Position numbers and translations under genes: made by a program
Assembly (NCBI GenBank): GCA_000934665.2
Contig: KZ538525.1
Coordinates: forward strand, 1 to 64,000
Source of the DNA: Catajapyx aquilonaris
Taxonomy: Eukaryota
Length of the DNA: 64,000 bases
Direction: 5' to 3'
Shown: one piece after another, positions 1 to 54,600 of the stretch
Layout: each line of letters opens with the position of its first letter
Position numbering within the stretch: position 1 is the first letter of the stretch
Notes under the pieces: generated by a model
Told to the model about the DNA's origin: nothing
The model's input: the letters and a program-made list of their open reading frames with translations, nothing else
Databases searched by the model: none

Positions 1-119
1 GACATAGCGAAATGAAACAACCGCTAGTATGCGGTTGGGTGGCCATAAGCTCGTCTGACGACCTCGCCGCGAGGTAGAGAAAATTTCGGTAAGGGTTAGG
101 TTGAAGTGGCATACACTGC

Positions 120-185
120 TTACAAAGTAGCAGCTTAGTGCAATATTTCCGATAACTGTTAAGACAAAAAAGTTGAAACACCCTG
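120..185. mobile_element. Right end of a CAGGGTG-type MITE (same family as 25946-26267)
   Basis: aaagtagcagc..ttccgataactgtt..aaaaaagttgaaacaccctg|TA matches 26208-26269. Confidence 0.75.
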
Positions 186-301
186 TATTCTAAGAATTTC
201 ATGACTGTTGGAATCATATGAAGGAAGATCTAAACGACCATGTCCATAATTAAAAGTTTTCCGTCAACATCAATGGTGCAATTGGGAATTTGACACTATA
301 G

Positions 302-568
302 AAGCCACCTCCTATTCTGCCGTCAGATATGAGAAGACCGTAACTTAATGTCCACGTCCCCTTGCGGCGAGAAAAAAAGCAGTGGTACCAAAAGCACCCA
401 ACAGGTGGAGTTGGGGTGCCGTTCCTNNNNNNNNCTTCCCCCCCCCCCCCTTCCTCCGACGCCGCCACCTCTTGGATGCTTTCGGTAACACTTGCTTTCT
501 TTTCTCGCCGCAAGGGAAGTGGACATTGAGTTACGGTCCTCTCACATCTGACGGCAGTAGTGGCTCCA
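302..568. repeat. Diverged inverted repeat (about 105-bp arms), foldback/MITE-like
   Basis: ctgccgtcagat..cttgcggcgagaaaa..aggtgg (302-408) is the reverse complement of ccacct..ttttctcgccgcaagg..atctgacggcag (465-568). Confidence 0.75.
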
Positions 569-3500
569 CCATTCTTTTCTTCTTCTTCTTTTTTTCAAGT
601 GATCAAAATTTGTTGGAAAATTTTACCTGCTCAGAGTGTATTAAGACGCAGGGCATCAGGAGAGGTGCCAAAAATGGGAAAAGGTATAGGATTGGTGGGA
701 AAAAGGGCGGGATGGGCCCAATGTCCGCATTCGGGAAAATGTCCCCGGAGGAAATGCAGAGAAGCTTCGGGGATGCATCACATCGGAATGTGAAGGCCTA
801 CAGGGGGTTCGGCCTATTCCGCGTCGGAAGGAGGAGATATAGCATCCAGTCCCATCCTTTATATCCCCCACCACCTCCCACAACCCAACCCCAGTAACGA
901 GATGGATGGGTTGGGATCCCAAGCCAAACCAGGAATTAAGCCCAGCCCCGTATTTTTGGGGGAAAGTTTTTTTTTTTTTTTTTCCTCTTCGAAAGGGGGT
1001 GGGTGGGGCCCATCGTCTGATAGCAAGCCACCAAGCAAAACCACCTTCGCTTCCGCCATTTTCCGGAGGGCTTGCTGTCAAGACCTCCCCTAATTGAATA
1101 CGTGCACTGCTGCATTGCAGTTCCAACACTTAAGTTATAACCATGGGATTCTACCCCACCACCACTCTCTCTGCTCCACCCTTACTTTCATACTCGACCT
1201 TACTCGGTTTATAGTCAGGCAAACGTCTTATGTAGAGCACCGTTGGAATAATTATCAGATATGCATCTATCTTCTATCATATGCACAATTCACAATCCAT
1301 GAGTTCCTATAAACAAGTTGTCTCATCACCTAGGTAGTAATTACCATAGCTTTCACTTTCCCCAAAGTTAAAGAATTATAGGGCAGAGTAGCACCCTGGT
1401 GGACTTTGTCCGCGCAGTGACTCATCACCAACGTGCATGTAGTACTACTTTCTTCCTGAGAGTGGCAGTAGTGTGCAGAGAGGGAGCCTATGCGCCAACT
1501 GGTATAGTGGCCTATCCAAGTTGGGGGGGGGGGGGGGGGGGGNGGGGGGGGCAAATTTTGGCAACGGGTTCACTAGTATTCGTATGAAAGGCAAATGTTG
1601 ATTGTTTGTTTGTTTGTCCAGGTTTGGTTTTCATAGCAATGGCTTACCACATGTTAGTTTGAAGATAAATTTATATTATATTGAGGCAATTATTTAAAAC
1701 TTCATATGCAACAGAAGAGGTTGTTACTTCACATTATATTAATATGCGTGTAATAATAATGATACTAATACTATACCACCGGTAATAATAATAATAGCAG
1801 CCTAACACATCAGAACTGATGATGTTACCGCATATTTTATAGCATTTTAGTAGACACACTTGTCAAGGCCTTTTTATAGGGGTTTTTTTCAAGCATTGTA
1901 CTGGTATAATGATATTAATCAAGTTGAGCACGTGGTTTAAATTAGCGACAGTTTTGCAAGGCGTGGATTAGGCCTAACGTGGTTAATTAATAAATTTTGC
2001 ACTATGCAGGGCCTAGAGAGGGTTATACACAAGGCCTGACATAATTAGCCCCCCGGAATCACATACAGTGTGTCATTATTTTTCGGGGGTGGGTGGGGGG
2101 GGGGGACATATTTGTTCCATTGCGGTGAGTCACGTGAAATCAAAAGGGAGAAAGCCAAGCTGCATAATAATCACATTATTTTGTAATGTTTTTCGTTACT
2201 GTTCGTCAGGTTTTGCTTATTTTTTTTTGTCCACCACTGTGCATCGCACTAGGTATAATCCATCGACTTTAATAACCACAGGGGTAATTGGAAATGTGAT
2301 CAACGTCTAGCCTGATGTCGAGGATATGCAGGAGAAATTGGCAAATCAGAATGGATGGATTTTTGCATGGAATAAGAAAACAGGAAACTTTTCCTAATCA
2401 AAATCTTTAAAAAAAACAAGGAACATGTTTCAAAATATACGTACAGGGTGTGGTACTGCCCTTGTTACTATAGATGAAAATGGTGGTAAGGAGAATGTTT
2501 TGAATGCTTATCTCAACAGAGTTAAAATATTGACAATTTTGTACGTAAATATATCTTTTTACACTTCACTGTTTTCATCACCTTACACTTCTAATATTAA
2601 TTAATGCTGTTTCCATTCTACTGTATATTATGCATTTATTTTGTATTACTTTTCAATATCATTTGTTATACAGTATTGCATCTACTGTACCGTATATATT
2701 ATTTATTTATTCGATATTTTATAATGATTTATTCGATATGTTACATCTATTTATGTGTTATAATTTGTTAACTTATTTATTCAATATTATTCGTTACTTT
2801 AACGACTTTTTTGGCGCAGTGTACACAAAATTGCGGTTGCGCCACGAAATAAGTGAAGTTTAAAGCAAATAGTTTTTCACCTTTTAAACTTAGTTACTGC
2901 AATGAAAAGTGCACAGCACTCTCAGCATATTACATGATCTGTGCACCTGGAGAGTGAACCACCCTGCTTAAATTGTACTCTACATTTTCATCAGGTCCAA
3001 TCCAGTTGTTTTGAAATTGCACCTTCCAAACTTTATTTCTTGTTTTCAGTGGTTTTTTTTTTTCCTCCCCACCTTTCGTGGGGAAAAATATATGAGATTG
3101 CAACCCTTTCTTTGAGCCAGTTTCATCCCTTTCGGTAGACGCAAAAGCTACCCACAAAACTTTTTTTTATTTTATTTTCGTAGATTCCAAAAACTTATAT
3201 CTGTAATACTTCATATGTTGCTTCTCTTCTTTCTTTCTTTCTTTTTTTCCCCCCGCGAGCTTTTCCAACTTTTCTTCACTCTTCTCCAGCCCAAATCAAT
3301 AGGTGAAAGCAGGCTTCTAATTCAGCTTGCAGTAAAAACCAATAATCCTTTGGACGTCGAAGGAGTTCCATCGCCAGTCAAGGAGATAGAAAGGGATTTG
3401 TTCCTTACACTTTTTTTCTCTCTCTTTCTCTTCCCGCTTTTCCACGCTTTTCTTCTTCGTCCTATCCTCCTATACGTATATATTCGTCCCAAGGACTTTT

Positions 3501-4844
3501 TTATGTGTTAAAAAGTTTGGCCCAATTTTTTTCCTCCCCCGCTTGTAATTATACGGATTTGCGACAGACCTGTAGAAACTTTGATCGAAGACTTAAAAAT
3601 TGAAGAGTTGAATAATGATTTTTAAAAATCTGTTTCATGCTAGTTAATGTCATGAATGTAATTAGCTTCACTGAATACGTCGATGAATTATAAATATTTA
3701 ATTTTTATAGCCACATTACAATCCAGCAACGATGCACTTGGTATTATTTCTTATTAAAATGTATGAAGGGGTATGCACCCTATTCATCCAATGGTTTTTG
3801 ATCTGTAAAAGTTTGTAATTATTTTAAATTTTTTTTGTATAGTGTTTACTGAGCAAATGAACTAACAAAATGACATTAGGCATATCTGGATTAAAAGTGT
3901 ATTTTAATTTAATTTGAACATTCGAGCCCGGTCCCCAGGAGAATTATAGCAAGAGTCATCTAAACGTGATCTAAGGTGACTAATAGAGTCATACTCTCTT
4001 TGGCTCGAAGACAGGTCGTATGGTTCATGGGTACGGATTTAAAAAAGTGCGGTTAAAAAAAAAAGATAGGGAGAGAGAAAAGTGGGCAGGAAATTAGATA
4101 AGGACTAGAAGTCGGGGTCCCCCGAAATGCTAGAATTGATTACTAAGCTCGGGAAGTGGTCTAGTGCTGAAAAACCCCGATTTATAACCGTACATGTGTC
4201 AGCCAGGATGTTTCACCGCCAAGTTCAGCCGAATAATGGTTGGATCTAGGCCCAAACCGGAATATAATATAATAAATAAATAAAGTTAAAAATATTGAGG
4301 AAAAAAAGTATAGTCACATATCTCATTGAAAGCATTGCCTAACCCAACTTAAGATGTATCTGAAGAAATCGCAGGCGGAGTCTCGCGTGTGTCTGTCCCT
4401 AAGTCCGGATTAGACATTCCCAGACAGGCTGTGCTCATCACTCCCAACTTCCGGATACATGCGATATCGCGAATAAGAAGGAGGCAAAATGTCAGGCAAT
4501 ATCACTGTGGAGCACGCTAATTATGTATATCGTGCCCCCCGATATGAAACAAATTGAAGGGATCCGACTTGAGTTGTACACACGCATTCTTGGAGACCTA
4601 ATTTGGCGACAGATGGCGGGACACGCATGTCCGACAAATCGCAGGAGCGCATGCGTGCAGTCCCCAGACACTCCTACCCCAGCCTTATGGAAACCCCGTG
4701 AGCTTAAGTTCGTCCACCCCGTAAGGAGTGTGGTTTCCGCTTCGGCGCTGGTGTAGTTTCCAAACGTGGGGCGATCCTGGCGGACGAATCTGCCTTTGGT
4801 AGCACTTCGCATCGATAGTATAAGATCGTGGACTGCTACTCCAG

Positions 4845-5400
4845 ATTCTACTACTAAAAGGAGAATCTTGAGTAGAAATTCTACTTTTAGTAGTAGAATC
4901 TTGAATAGAAATTCTACTTAATTAGTAGGAGAATCTTGAGTAGAAATTCTGAATTTAGTAGCAGAATCTTGAGTAGAAATTCTGAATTTAGTAGCAGAAT
5001 CTTGAGTAGAAATTCTGAATTTAGTAGTAGAATCTTGAGTAGAAATCAACGGTCTTTATAATATCGATAGTATCGATAGTGGTAGAATCTTGAGTAGAAA
5101 TCACCGATCTTATACTATTGATAGTATCGATAGTGGTAGAATCTTGAGTAGAAATCAACGGTCTTATAATATCGATAGTATCGATAGTGGTAGAATCTTG
5201 AGTAGAAATCACCGATCTTATACTATTGATAGTATCGATAGTGGTAGAATCTTGAGTAGAAATCAACGGTCTTATAATATCGATAGTATCGATAACAGTA
5301 GAATCTTGAGTAGAAATCAACGGTCTTATAATATCGATAGTATCGATAACAGTAGAATCTTGAGTAGAATTCTACGATCTTACAGTATAATATCGATGCG
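4845..5400. repeat. Compound minisatellite: about 33-bp units changing to 54-bp A/B units
   Basis: Core agaatcttgagtagaaat at 4862, 4895, 4930, 4963, 4996, 5029, then 5084, 5138, 5192, 5246, 5300, 5354. Confidence 0.95.
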
Positions 5401-7612
5401 AAGTGCTGCTAAAGGTATATAGAATCGTTCGCCAGGATTGCCACACTTAGGGACTACGACACCAGCTCCGAAGCGGTAACCCCTCTCAGCTGATAAGGGC
5501 ACGTGGTAAACCTGGTAAGAGGAGTTTCCAGACCTGTATAACACCGTGGTTATTGTAACATCCTGTTTCGTCGCCATGTAGGTGAGAAAAGTCCGGCGAC
5601 CAAAAGTTTTTCATTATTAATCGTCCTATGAGCCATTTCCCCGCCTGTAATACCGGGCTCAGCCCTGGGCCTACTTAATAGAAAGCTAAGCAGTATATAT
5701 TTCCCACAGTGGACGGGAGGAATTTATATTGACTAGGGCAGGCCCTAATTGGAAAACTAGGCAAGGTTTTTGCCCCTTCCGTGGCTCCACCCCCTCGACG
5801 CCCAAAGGGTACAGATCGGCGCGCAATCCTAGCTATGCAACTGGGTCTTCCTCCTCCCCTCCCCCCTCTCCCATAATGTGGGGGGGGGGGGGGCTCTTTT
5901 GCATATTCTGCACGCGGAATGCTTCCCAGAGGAGACTAAATCCGGAGCACACATTATTTTATGAGGACACGTTACCCAGTCGCTCATCTTCCTAATCCAT
6001 GGATTAAGCCATCTGGATCAGAACTTGTCTGGTCCCAAAAGTTGGAAAGCGGGATGACTTTTGAATATTAAATGCATTTTTTTGCATAATATGCGCATGC
6101 GCAGGGTTTTAGCCAATCTGTGGCCGTCTTGCAAACGCTCATGCGCATCTTCCTGCTGTTAGCCAATCCGGGAGCAAAACGCGCAGGATCGCTCTTGAAC
6201 GCTTGGCCTAGAGAGTAAAAACGGGGTCAAAGGCGAGCATGACATATAGTGTTTCTGGCTAATAGGTCGGCCACGCTCTCTTCCGCGGAATGGCGTGGAT
6301 TGTGCCAATTCACAAGAGGAAATTGCCCGGCGGGAATAAAAACACCTGATTCATCTCGCGGCAAAAAGCGAGGGAAGTTCGTAGCTTTTGCTGATAAGAA
6401 ACATAACCACACGCAAAGTGTATACGCAACACACGATTCTGTGATGTCACACATGTGGCATATACGTCCACGCAGGCCGGGCAGTGTTGCCAAATAAATG
6501 ACACCGTGAAGTGTCACGTATTGGGGGGGACAATATTGCCGAACCTTTTTCCCACAAATGGGCCAGACCCTTCCCATTTGAGGCACTTATTTCCTCGTTT
6601 AAAATTGACAAGATAGGGTGGGGTGGTTGGGTGGAAACAGTAGATCGATGTTTAAATGTGGCACTGCGTGTTGCACAAACCTTAATGTCAGTTTGCGACG
6701 CAGGTACAGAGGAAATAGGATACCAATTATCTGTATTGTGTCGAGGTTAACCACATGAGTGTTTTTTTGGGGGCACACCCCACGAAAAAAAAATTGGGTG
6801 CCCTACATTCCACCTCAGACCATGTATCAATGTCGACTTTAATCTCCATACTTGTGTAAACAGAACTTGAACTGAATTTTTTAAGCGCCACTCGTCTTTA
6901 TACCCGCTTCAATAAATCATTGGATAGGGGGGGGAAATGGGGGGCATATCGAGCATGGGCCCTGCTAAATATTGAAGTTTTAGTGCCAGAAACATGTCGT
7001 GGAGTGATGCCTATCGTATGAGGCGGTGCAGTGTGCAAGGCGCATGTAAGTGGTAGTAAAAAGGAGCTGTACTTTTAAAATTACAGGAGCTCTAGGCATG
7101 CATTACCTTTATTTTTTGATTAGATCGCGAGGCACGCACTTTGCCTACCCTATAGTTATCATACAGTATATGTGAGATGTTACAAATATTTGGTTGCACG
7201 AAGTGGGCAATTGACACATCTGACCCAGTTATTTTACATTATCACAGATTGTCATACGCCAGGAGTCAAGAATAGAAATGGTTGGTATTGTTAAGTTTCC
7301 TGAGAGAAAAATGGGGGGGGGGGGGGGGNTTTTCCTTCCTTTTCCTTCTGGTGCAGCCAGCTCCTTCCCATTAGTCCATTACCTTAACACGGCCACAGAC
7401 AGGGCTCGCTAATAAATTGATGACAGCAACACGCCGCCTTAGGCGCTCCAGATACTTCATATATCGATTCTTTTCTCCCTGCCCTGCCTTCCCTTTTCTC
7501 TCACACCATAGTGACGAACTATACATGCCGAAACTTGGCAAAAACTGTGCATGCTACCATATTTCTCACATATATGGCGAATCTACATATTTCTGCCGCT
7601 TTCAGGTATCGG

Positions 7613-7997
7613 GACTAAAAATGGCGTCCTGTGACGCGTGACTAGCCTAACCTACACGAATTGCGCGACTAAAAATGGCGTCTTGTGACGTGTGACTAAC
7701 ATAACCTACCCGAAATGTGGGACTAACAATGGCGTCCTGTGACGCGTGACTAGCCTAACCTACACGAATTGCGAGACTAAAAATGGCGTCTTGTGACGTG
7801 TGACTAACATAACCTACCCGAAATGTGGGACTAACAATGGCGTCCTGTGACGCGTGACTAGCCTAACCTACACGAACTGCGCGACTAAATATGGCGTCTT
7901 GTGACTAACATAACCTACCCGAAATGTGGGACTAACAATGGCGTCCTGTGACGCGTGACTAACCTGACCTACCCGAACTGTGGGACTAAAAATGGCG
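7613..7997. repeat. 54-bp minisatellite with alternating A/B variants (108-bp higher-order unit)
   Basis: gactaa(a/c)aatggcg at 7613, 7667, 7721, 7775, 7829, 7883, 7930, 7984. Confidence 0.95.
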
Positions 7998-8744
7998 GCC
8001 CTGCGTTGCCGGATCGGATACAGTGTTGCCGGATTTCGATTTCAACCGATTTCCTGGGATATGCGGAGAAATTGATCGAAACATGAAGCTTTGGGGATGT
8101 TGGAGGCTGACATAACTGGAGCTGGGGAGTCGTAGGTAAACTAATACCGGGAGGCAAAATGCGCGGAAAACGTCCAATGTTGGGGTGATAACAGGTGCAC
8201 TTACTGTAATTTGGTTAATTGGATCCCGGGGCCTAATCCCACTTGTCCATTAACACCGATTCGTCCACTGATTGGTTGCCACATTCCCTGCGACCTCACA
8301 GTTCATTGGGGAAATGTATTGGCAATCATGTTTATGTACTATTTTCAACCCCCCCCCCCCTTCCCCCCTGGTTTTACTATCTCTAAAGCTTAGCTCTGGG
8401 AGGGGGGTTGTGTTGAGTATATACGATATACAAAAAGAATTTGTAATTAGGTTTTCTTTGAAAAGTACTATAGTGCCGGTTAATAATTAATCGCTTCACC
8501 TCTTTTTTTTAAGTGTCCGAAACGGGCATTTTTAAATGTCAAGGTCTACAGGTGTGCTTATGTGCTCACATTTTCATATTTAATGCATGAACTTGGCCCA
8601 TTAAAAATTTATATTAGCATCAGAGCAATATTTTCTAGCTGGAGGGTCAAGGTTTTGTAATCCAATTGAGATTTTTTTTTAACGTGTAATTATTAAAACA
8701 CCTAGCAATTTTGCACATCGTAGTGTATTAAGTAGCCTAATATG

Positions 8745-8990
8745 TACGATTTTTTAAAAGCGAACAGTGCGCACCCACACTCGCGCAAGTCCATTGTTTC
8801 GACAACAACGTTGCCACACTTTTACATCTCAGAGACCGAAGTCACACCGTTAGCTTCTAAACCAGCTCTAATGTTTGTTCCAGAGCCTTGGCAACGTCGC
8901 AAAAGTCGGCCATATTGTTACCCCCTCAAGTGTAGTGTTGGAAACAAATTTGCACGAACTCTGTTGCGTACTCGGTTGAGATCATTTTAA
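8745..8990. mobile_element. Dispersed repeat, homologous to 62330-62630
   Basis: Shared blocks gcgcacccacactcgcgcaagtccat and ggcaacgtcgcaaaag(t/c)cggccatattgt..ccccctcaagtgtagtgttggaaa. Confidence 0.8.
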
Positions 8991-11412
8991 AAATTCATTT
9001 ATAGTAGTGAATCCTTCGCCAATACGGTTCAAGCACCAAATTGTTTATGTAGCACCATATTTCTCACATAGTTGGCGCATATAGTCCCTCTCGGTACACT
9101 ACTGTCAAAGTCAAGCGGGAAAACGTGGTACTACATGCCCCCAGTTGTTGACTCACCCGGACAGGCAGAGTCACAGACTCAAGCCAATTCTATGTGTATA
9201 AGATTGAGTTTGTGAGGATGAAGTTAACCAGTTTGAATAAGAAAAAGCAATGATTTTGACAGTGGCAGATTCCAACTGGGGGGGGGGGGNGGGGTAATGA
9301 ACAATCAGTAACTTCTTCTCTTGGTCCGTGAATTTGAGCCTTGTGTTGTCCAGTAATTTTGTTGCGCAGTGAGACATTATTTATTCAAACGTCAGATATT
9401 GCTGGCTTGGCAAGGCTTTTTTTTACATTTAAATATTCATGATTTCTGGGATTTCAAGAAGCGGAGTAAAGAAGAAATTGGGTGTCATCACATGCAAGGC
9501 GCTATAAAGTTGTGTGAAAACCACTCTTTATTATTAAGTTATAATCAGCAGTAAAATAGCTTAAATTAAAATCAGGTTAATTATGTATGCAGTAATTTAT
9601 TTAAAGGCGCAGGTTGTGCATGACCTGTCACTATTTTTTTGACGGATATGACTGGGTCATAGCATGCTCCTCATGTACAGCACATTGCACATTATTTATG
9701 ACAATATTATGATGGATTACGTGACACCTGTCGCCTTCATTTTTTGGAGGTGCAAATACCAGGGGTCGAATCTTACATTTTTGCAGACAAATTTGCAGAC
9801 TTTCATCTGGAGTGCAAATTACTTGGAGTTCTTAATTTTTTTAAAATTATTTGGTTTAGCCTTGTTAAAAATCAGTAAGAACTTTGCACTTCAAGGCTCA
9901 ATTTGTAGTGCAGATAACAAATCTGCGCACATTTGCATCCGAATATTTTGACTCCTTGAAATACTATAGGCAAATAATTCCAATGCACTCAATTTAAGTA
10001 CCGTACTGAACTTTTTTATGTGTGTGCGTGTTTCAATGAGCTCTGCTAGTTACTGCTAAGTTAGCAGTGTCTATAGCAGTGGGACGAAAAAATTCGACCC
10101 CTACTTTTTTGTGTGTGTCTCAATCACAAACCTTTTGTACTAACTTCTCTGATTGACTCAAATTAGAGTGGAACCCTACTCAGACCCAGTCAATCCCTCA
10201 TTACTTCACTTCATTACCGTAATTGGGGGGGGTCTGCGAATTTTTTTTATAGTTCTATAGGGATGAGTCGCGGATTAGATATTTTTTGCTATTGCAATAT
10301 ATGAAATGATAGTATTTTTTTTCGTCTTTCGCAATAATAATGATTTTGAGGGTAAGGGGGCAATGAAGATACGTAAAGACGGAGGGGGTGTATTGAAGAA
10401 GAGTGGGGCAGGTTGCAAAATGTTGGCGAATGCGCTTTTGCAAATTGGCTCGGAGACGACGGGGGCCTGAAGAGGCGGTGGGGGGACTCACCATGGGGGT
10501 TGCTTAGCAACGTCAACTCGACGAGGAGTGTGTCCCACCACCCACCCACCCCCGCTCAATATTGAATGGAGGCTATGGGGGTAGGGGCTTGGATGCTTGA
10601 ACCTTCAAGTCTATAGTAAGATAGACCTAGATAAGCAACCCCCAAAAAAGAAGGCTCCCCCCCGGAAGCAAGAGGGTTCTGATAATGCCTCAAAAATGAT
10701 GTGTCTATCGTTGGATGTGACAAGTTGTGGAGGAGGGGGGGGGGGATTGCAGTCGTCCGCTATGACATCGGGGATGATAGTCTATCGATAGATTGCGAGG
10801 TTGGACAATTTCAGATGATTCGGTCGTTGGCGGATCTGCGTGTCCAACTTCCTCATCAAACCCGGAAACATCCTCCCCCCTTTCCCATTTTGCTCTTCTT
10901 CCATCCCCCATGGAGCCAAATGCAATAGATTAAAGGTAAAGGCTTCTTCGGGGCTGACACAAATGTTAAGTGCCGGAGCAGCCTCTGCGCGATTACATGA
11001 TTGGTCCGAGTTTTATTGGGACTTTGGGGGAGGGTCGAAGAAAAGGGCATTGTATATATAGAGAGAAAAAGGGGCATGTTACTGAGGGTTGGGAAAAAAG
11101 GAGGACCCAGTGACAAAAAGAGAGGCTGCGGCCGCTTCGCTTAATGAAAACATTGCTAATTCATAGCCTACGGAAATAAAATGTTGAACTTGAGGGAATC
11201 TTCTCTCTCTTTTTTGTGTGTGTGTGCCCCTAGAATCCCCAACTGATTCTTGGTGTAATCGACATCGGTTGGTGGTGGGGGGGTGGGTGGGGCTGGAAAA
11301 TAATTCAGCAAGTGGCAATCAGTCGGATTGAGGAACTGGCTAGTTTTTTTTTCTGGGGAGGAGTCGATCGAAAGTTCTCCGTTTTAATTCCCTCTGTTTG
11401 TCTTCTCTCCAG

Positions 11413-51647
<40,235 letters not shown>

Positions 51648-54600
51648 CATCAACCCGCCCAAGTACAGCCCCTACGATTTATTTAAAACTATTTCCCTTC
51701 CCCCTCCTACTACCCCGTTCCTTAAAAATAGATGAGAGAAAGAAAGAAAGAAAAAAAAGCAGCTAACTTAACCCCCCTCTCGAAACACGCCCCCTTGTAT
51801 TGTATTCTGCACAGCCAACATTGCCATAAGTTTTTTGCATACGGTTCAAAAGGGGGGGGCCCCTGATGTTGCTGGTTTATAATTTTTAAATGGTTGGTTA
51901 AATATGTTTCTTTTAATTATTATTTATTTATATATATATAAAGGCAACGTTGGTCATGTTGCCATATTGCCCTTGGCCCCCTGTTGTCCTGACAGTTGGG
52001 AAGTGGGTGCCTTGTAGCCCAAAGCATGGATTTTCAAATGAGAGAAAAAAAATATGATGTGTATGTATATCCTACCCCCCCTCTCCCTGATGATTCACCA
52101 AAAATCGCCATGCAGTCACCGTGTTATATAGCCATTATTAATATTAGCTGGAAATGGAAAAAAAAAGATGAAAAGAAAAAAACAGTTTTTTTAGGTGTTC
52201 TCTTTCTGCAAATGGGCAGTAACATACATGATTTTAAAGGATATTCCTGATAAATGCCTCAGTGTGGGCGGCCTTTGATTATTCCTCTAATTTTTTTTAG
52301 TGGGTGGCTTTTCTGGGGTTTAAAAAAATATAAAAAATAAAAATCAGTATTTCCACGCGGCATGTGGCTTTGTTGGAAGAGCTGACATATAAACTTATCT
52401 GTTGATATTAAACAGTGGGGAATGAAAGAAGGAGACGATGGCAAAAATGGGTGATTCTTTTTTTAAAAGAATAATGAGAGAGGAAATGTTTTTTTGGTGA
52501 AATTCACCAAAAAAAAAGTGGATATTTATTAATTTATCAAGACCGTTGTTTTTGTTCCCCCCCTCCCAACGATGGATTTGGCATATTTGTCCAGTAGTTT
52601 CTCGATGTGTGTACAAAATATATATATGCTAGGCAGCATAGGGCTGGCTGTTCCGGTTTAAAAAAAAACAAACAAAGTATATATAGTTATGAGATTTGAA
52701 AAAAAAACTAACCTTAGTAGAAGAAGCAAAAAGACACAAAAAATTGTGGCTGAATGTTTCGTCNCCCCCCCCCCCCCCTCCAATTTTTTCCTTCAAATCC
52801 TCCCTGACCCCCCCTCCCAGTTTCTAAATTTTTACTCATGTACAGTTGCTGCATTAAAATAACGTCCTTCTACTCTACGATTTTGTAGAAACTTGGAGCA
52901 AAACAAGAGAGCTAACTCAAACCCTTGTTTTTTATATTATATATTATATAAATATAAAAGAAAGACAAAGGGTTTTTTCTTCTTTTTTTTTGCAACAGCC
53001 AGCCCTTTCTAACGCTGGAAGTTCACTGTTGCTGAACCGTGAACTGACAGAAAAACTTTTGTTGGGACTATTACACATTTAAAGGGAAAAATAATAATAA
53101 CTGCGTACCGTATGAAAAAAACTATTGTAATCAATATTAACCAGGCCTTTAGCATAATGGTCATTTCTTAAATAAATAAACCTTTGGCAACAAGTGACGT
53201 CAGATTGTGAATATCATTAGAGCAAACTTGCTGAAGGTCTGGTTTCAAAGTATCCAATTATTGCGCATGCAAAGTCTCATTGTTGCCTGTGGAAGAGGCG
53301 AAAAAAAAAAAGTTCAATGTTCTGGTACAATATTGTTCCTCGGTTTTTTCGGGAGTTTTCAGACCCCTCCCTCCCCAAGCATGAAACAAACAATTTTTAA
53401 AAAATCAACCAAACATAAAAAACTTATTACATAACTAAATTTGCTCCGGTTTTTCGTCATTATGCTCTTGTTGTTATTGTCTCAGCTTTGTACAAATAAT
53501 AAATATTAATAATAATAAAAACGGTAGGGTCTGGTTACATATGCACGAGGATTGACATTATCATTGATGTTCTGGATTATATATATATTGAAAGATTAAA
53601 AAGAAAGAAAAGAAATACTTGGAACAAACAAAACAGTTGTTGACATATACATTGCTTTGTGAAGGTTCTTTTATCTCCAAGAGCCCGTTAGTGTTTATAA
53701 CAAAAAAAAGCTATTTTATATTCATATAGAATTACTTACTTTGTAACCGCAATTTAAAAGAAAAGTAGGTTACTTATTAACAATTGGGGAAATGGGTATA
53801 AAAAAAGAACAGGCAGCAGTGTTATCTCAAGGACTTGGGGGCTTTTAAGGTTACGATTTTTCAGACTGATCTTTTTCTCGCTAATTATTGAAGAAAAAAA
53901 ACATACTTATTATTATTATTATTAAACTTATTATTATTTGTTCTTGTTGGTACTATCGTAACCAGCGATCTGGAGTCATTAGCGTGGAAAAAATATTTGG
54001 CAACAATAGTTTTTTGTTGCCAGTTTTCCACACTAGAGATCCCAGCCCGTTGATTGTGGCTAAATATTTAAGTATTATTATTATTTTTAAATAGATGAGT
54101 TGTTTAACAACGAAATTTTAGCAAAACCACCTTATGGTATGGCCACTTAATTGTTGGAGAAAAAAAAAGGTGAACGTGTTTTTTCCGCCATGGTTATTTT
54201 GCACAAAAAAAAATAACATCAGCTTTTATGCCAATGTTAAACTACCAGGTGCTAGTGCAAGTTACATTATTACATTCTCAAACTGTACATAATTACGTAT
54301 CACATGCCATTTTACGCAATTTTTAATTTTTTTTTCCCCCCTCGACTTTTTTTTTTTTTAGTGATTCTCGACGGAACATCACTGTCGATATTTTAGTGTC
54401 CAATCCTATGTCCATAAATTGTGTGTGGTTTTTTTTGGTTTGTTTAAATGTGTGTATGTGTGGGAATGTGTGAGAACGAAAGAGAGCAAATTTTCACATC
54501 AGAAAGTATTGGTTTGAGCCAGTTATATTATTAACCAAACAGTGGGAGTGTACTATTTTCTAACAATGAACGATCTTTTTTGTAACACCCTGCATTTACA

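Noticed and set aside
5021..5422. Repetitive ORFs (ISTQDSTTIDT / SRNQRSYNIDS)
   Set aside because: Translation of a 54-bp minisatellite, open on both strands, with no splice or codon support.
7613..7997. CRISPR-like appearance of the periodic arrays (also 31043-31264)
   Set aside because: Units are contiguous near-identical repeats without unique spacers; eukaryotic context and no cas genes.
1..11412. CaMKII exon 1 (expected M...TRFSDNY..KEELGK)
   Set aside because: No matching sequence found by eye; it presumably lies upstream of the window.
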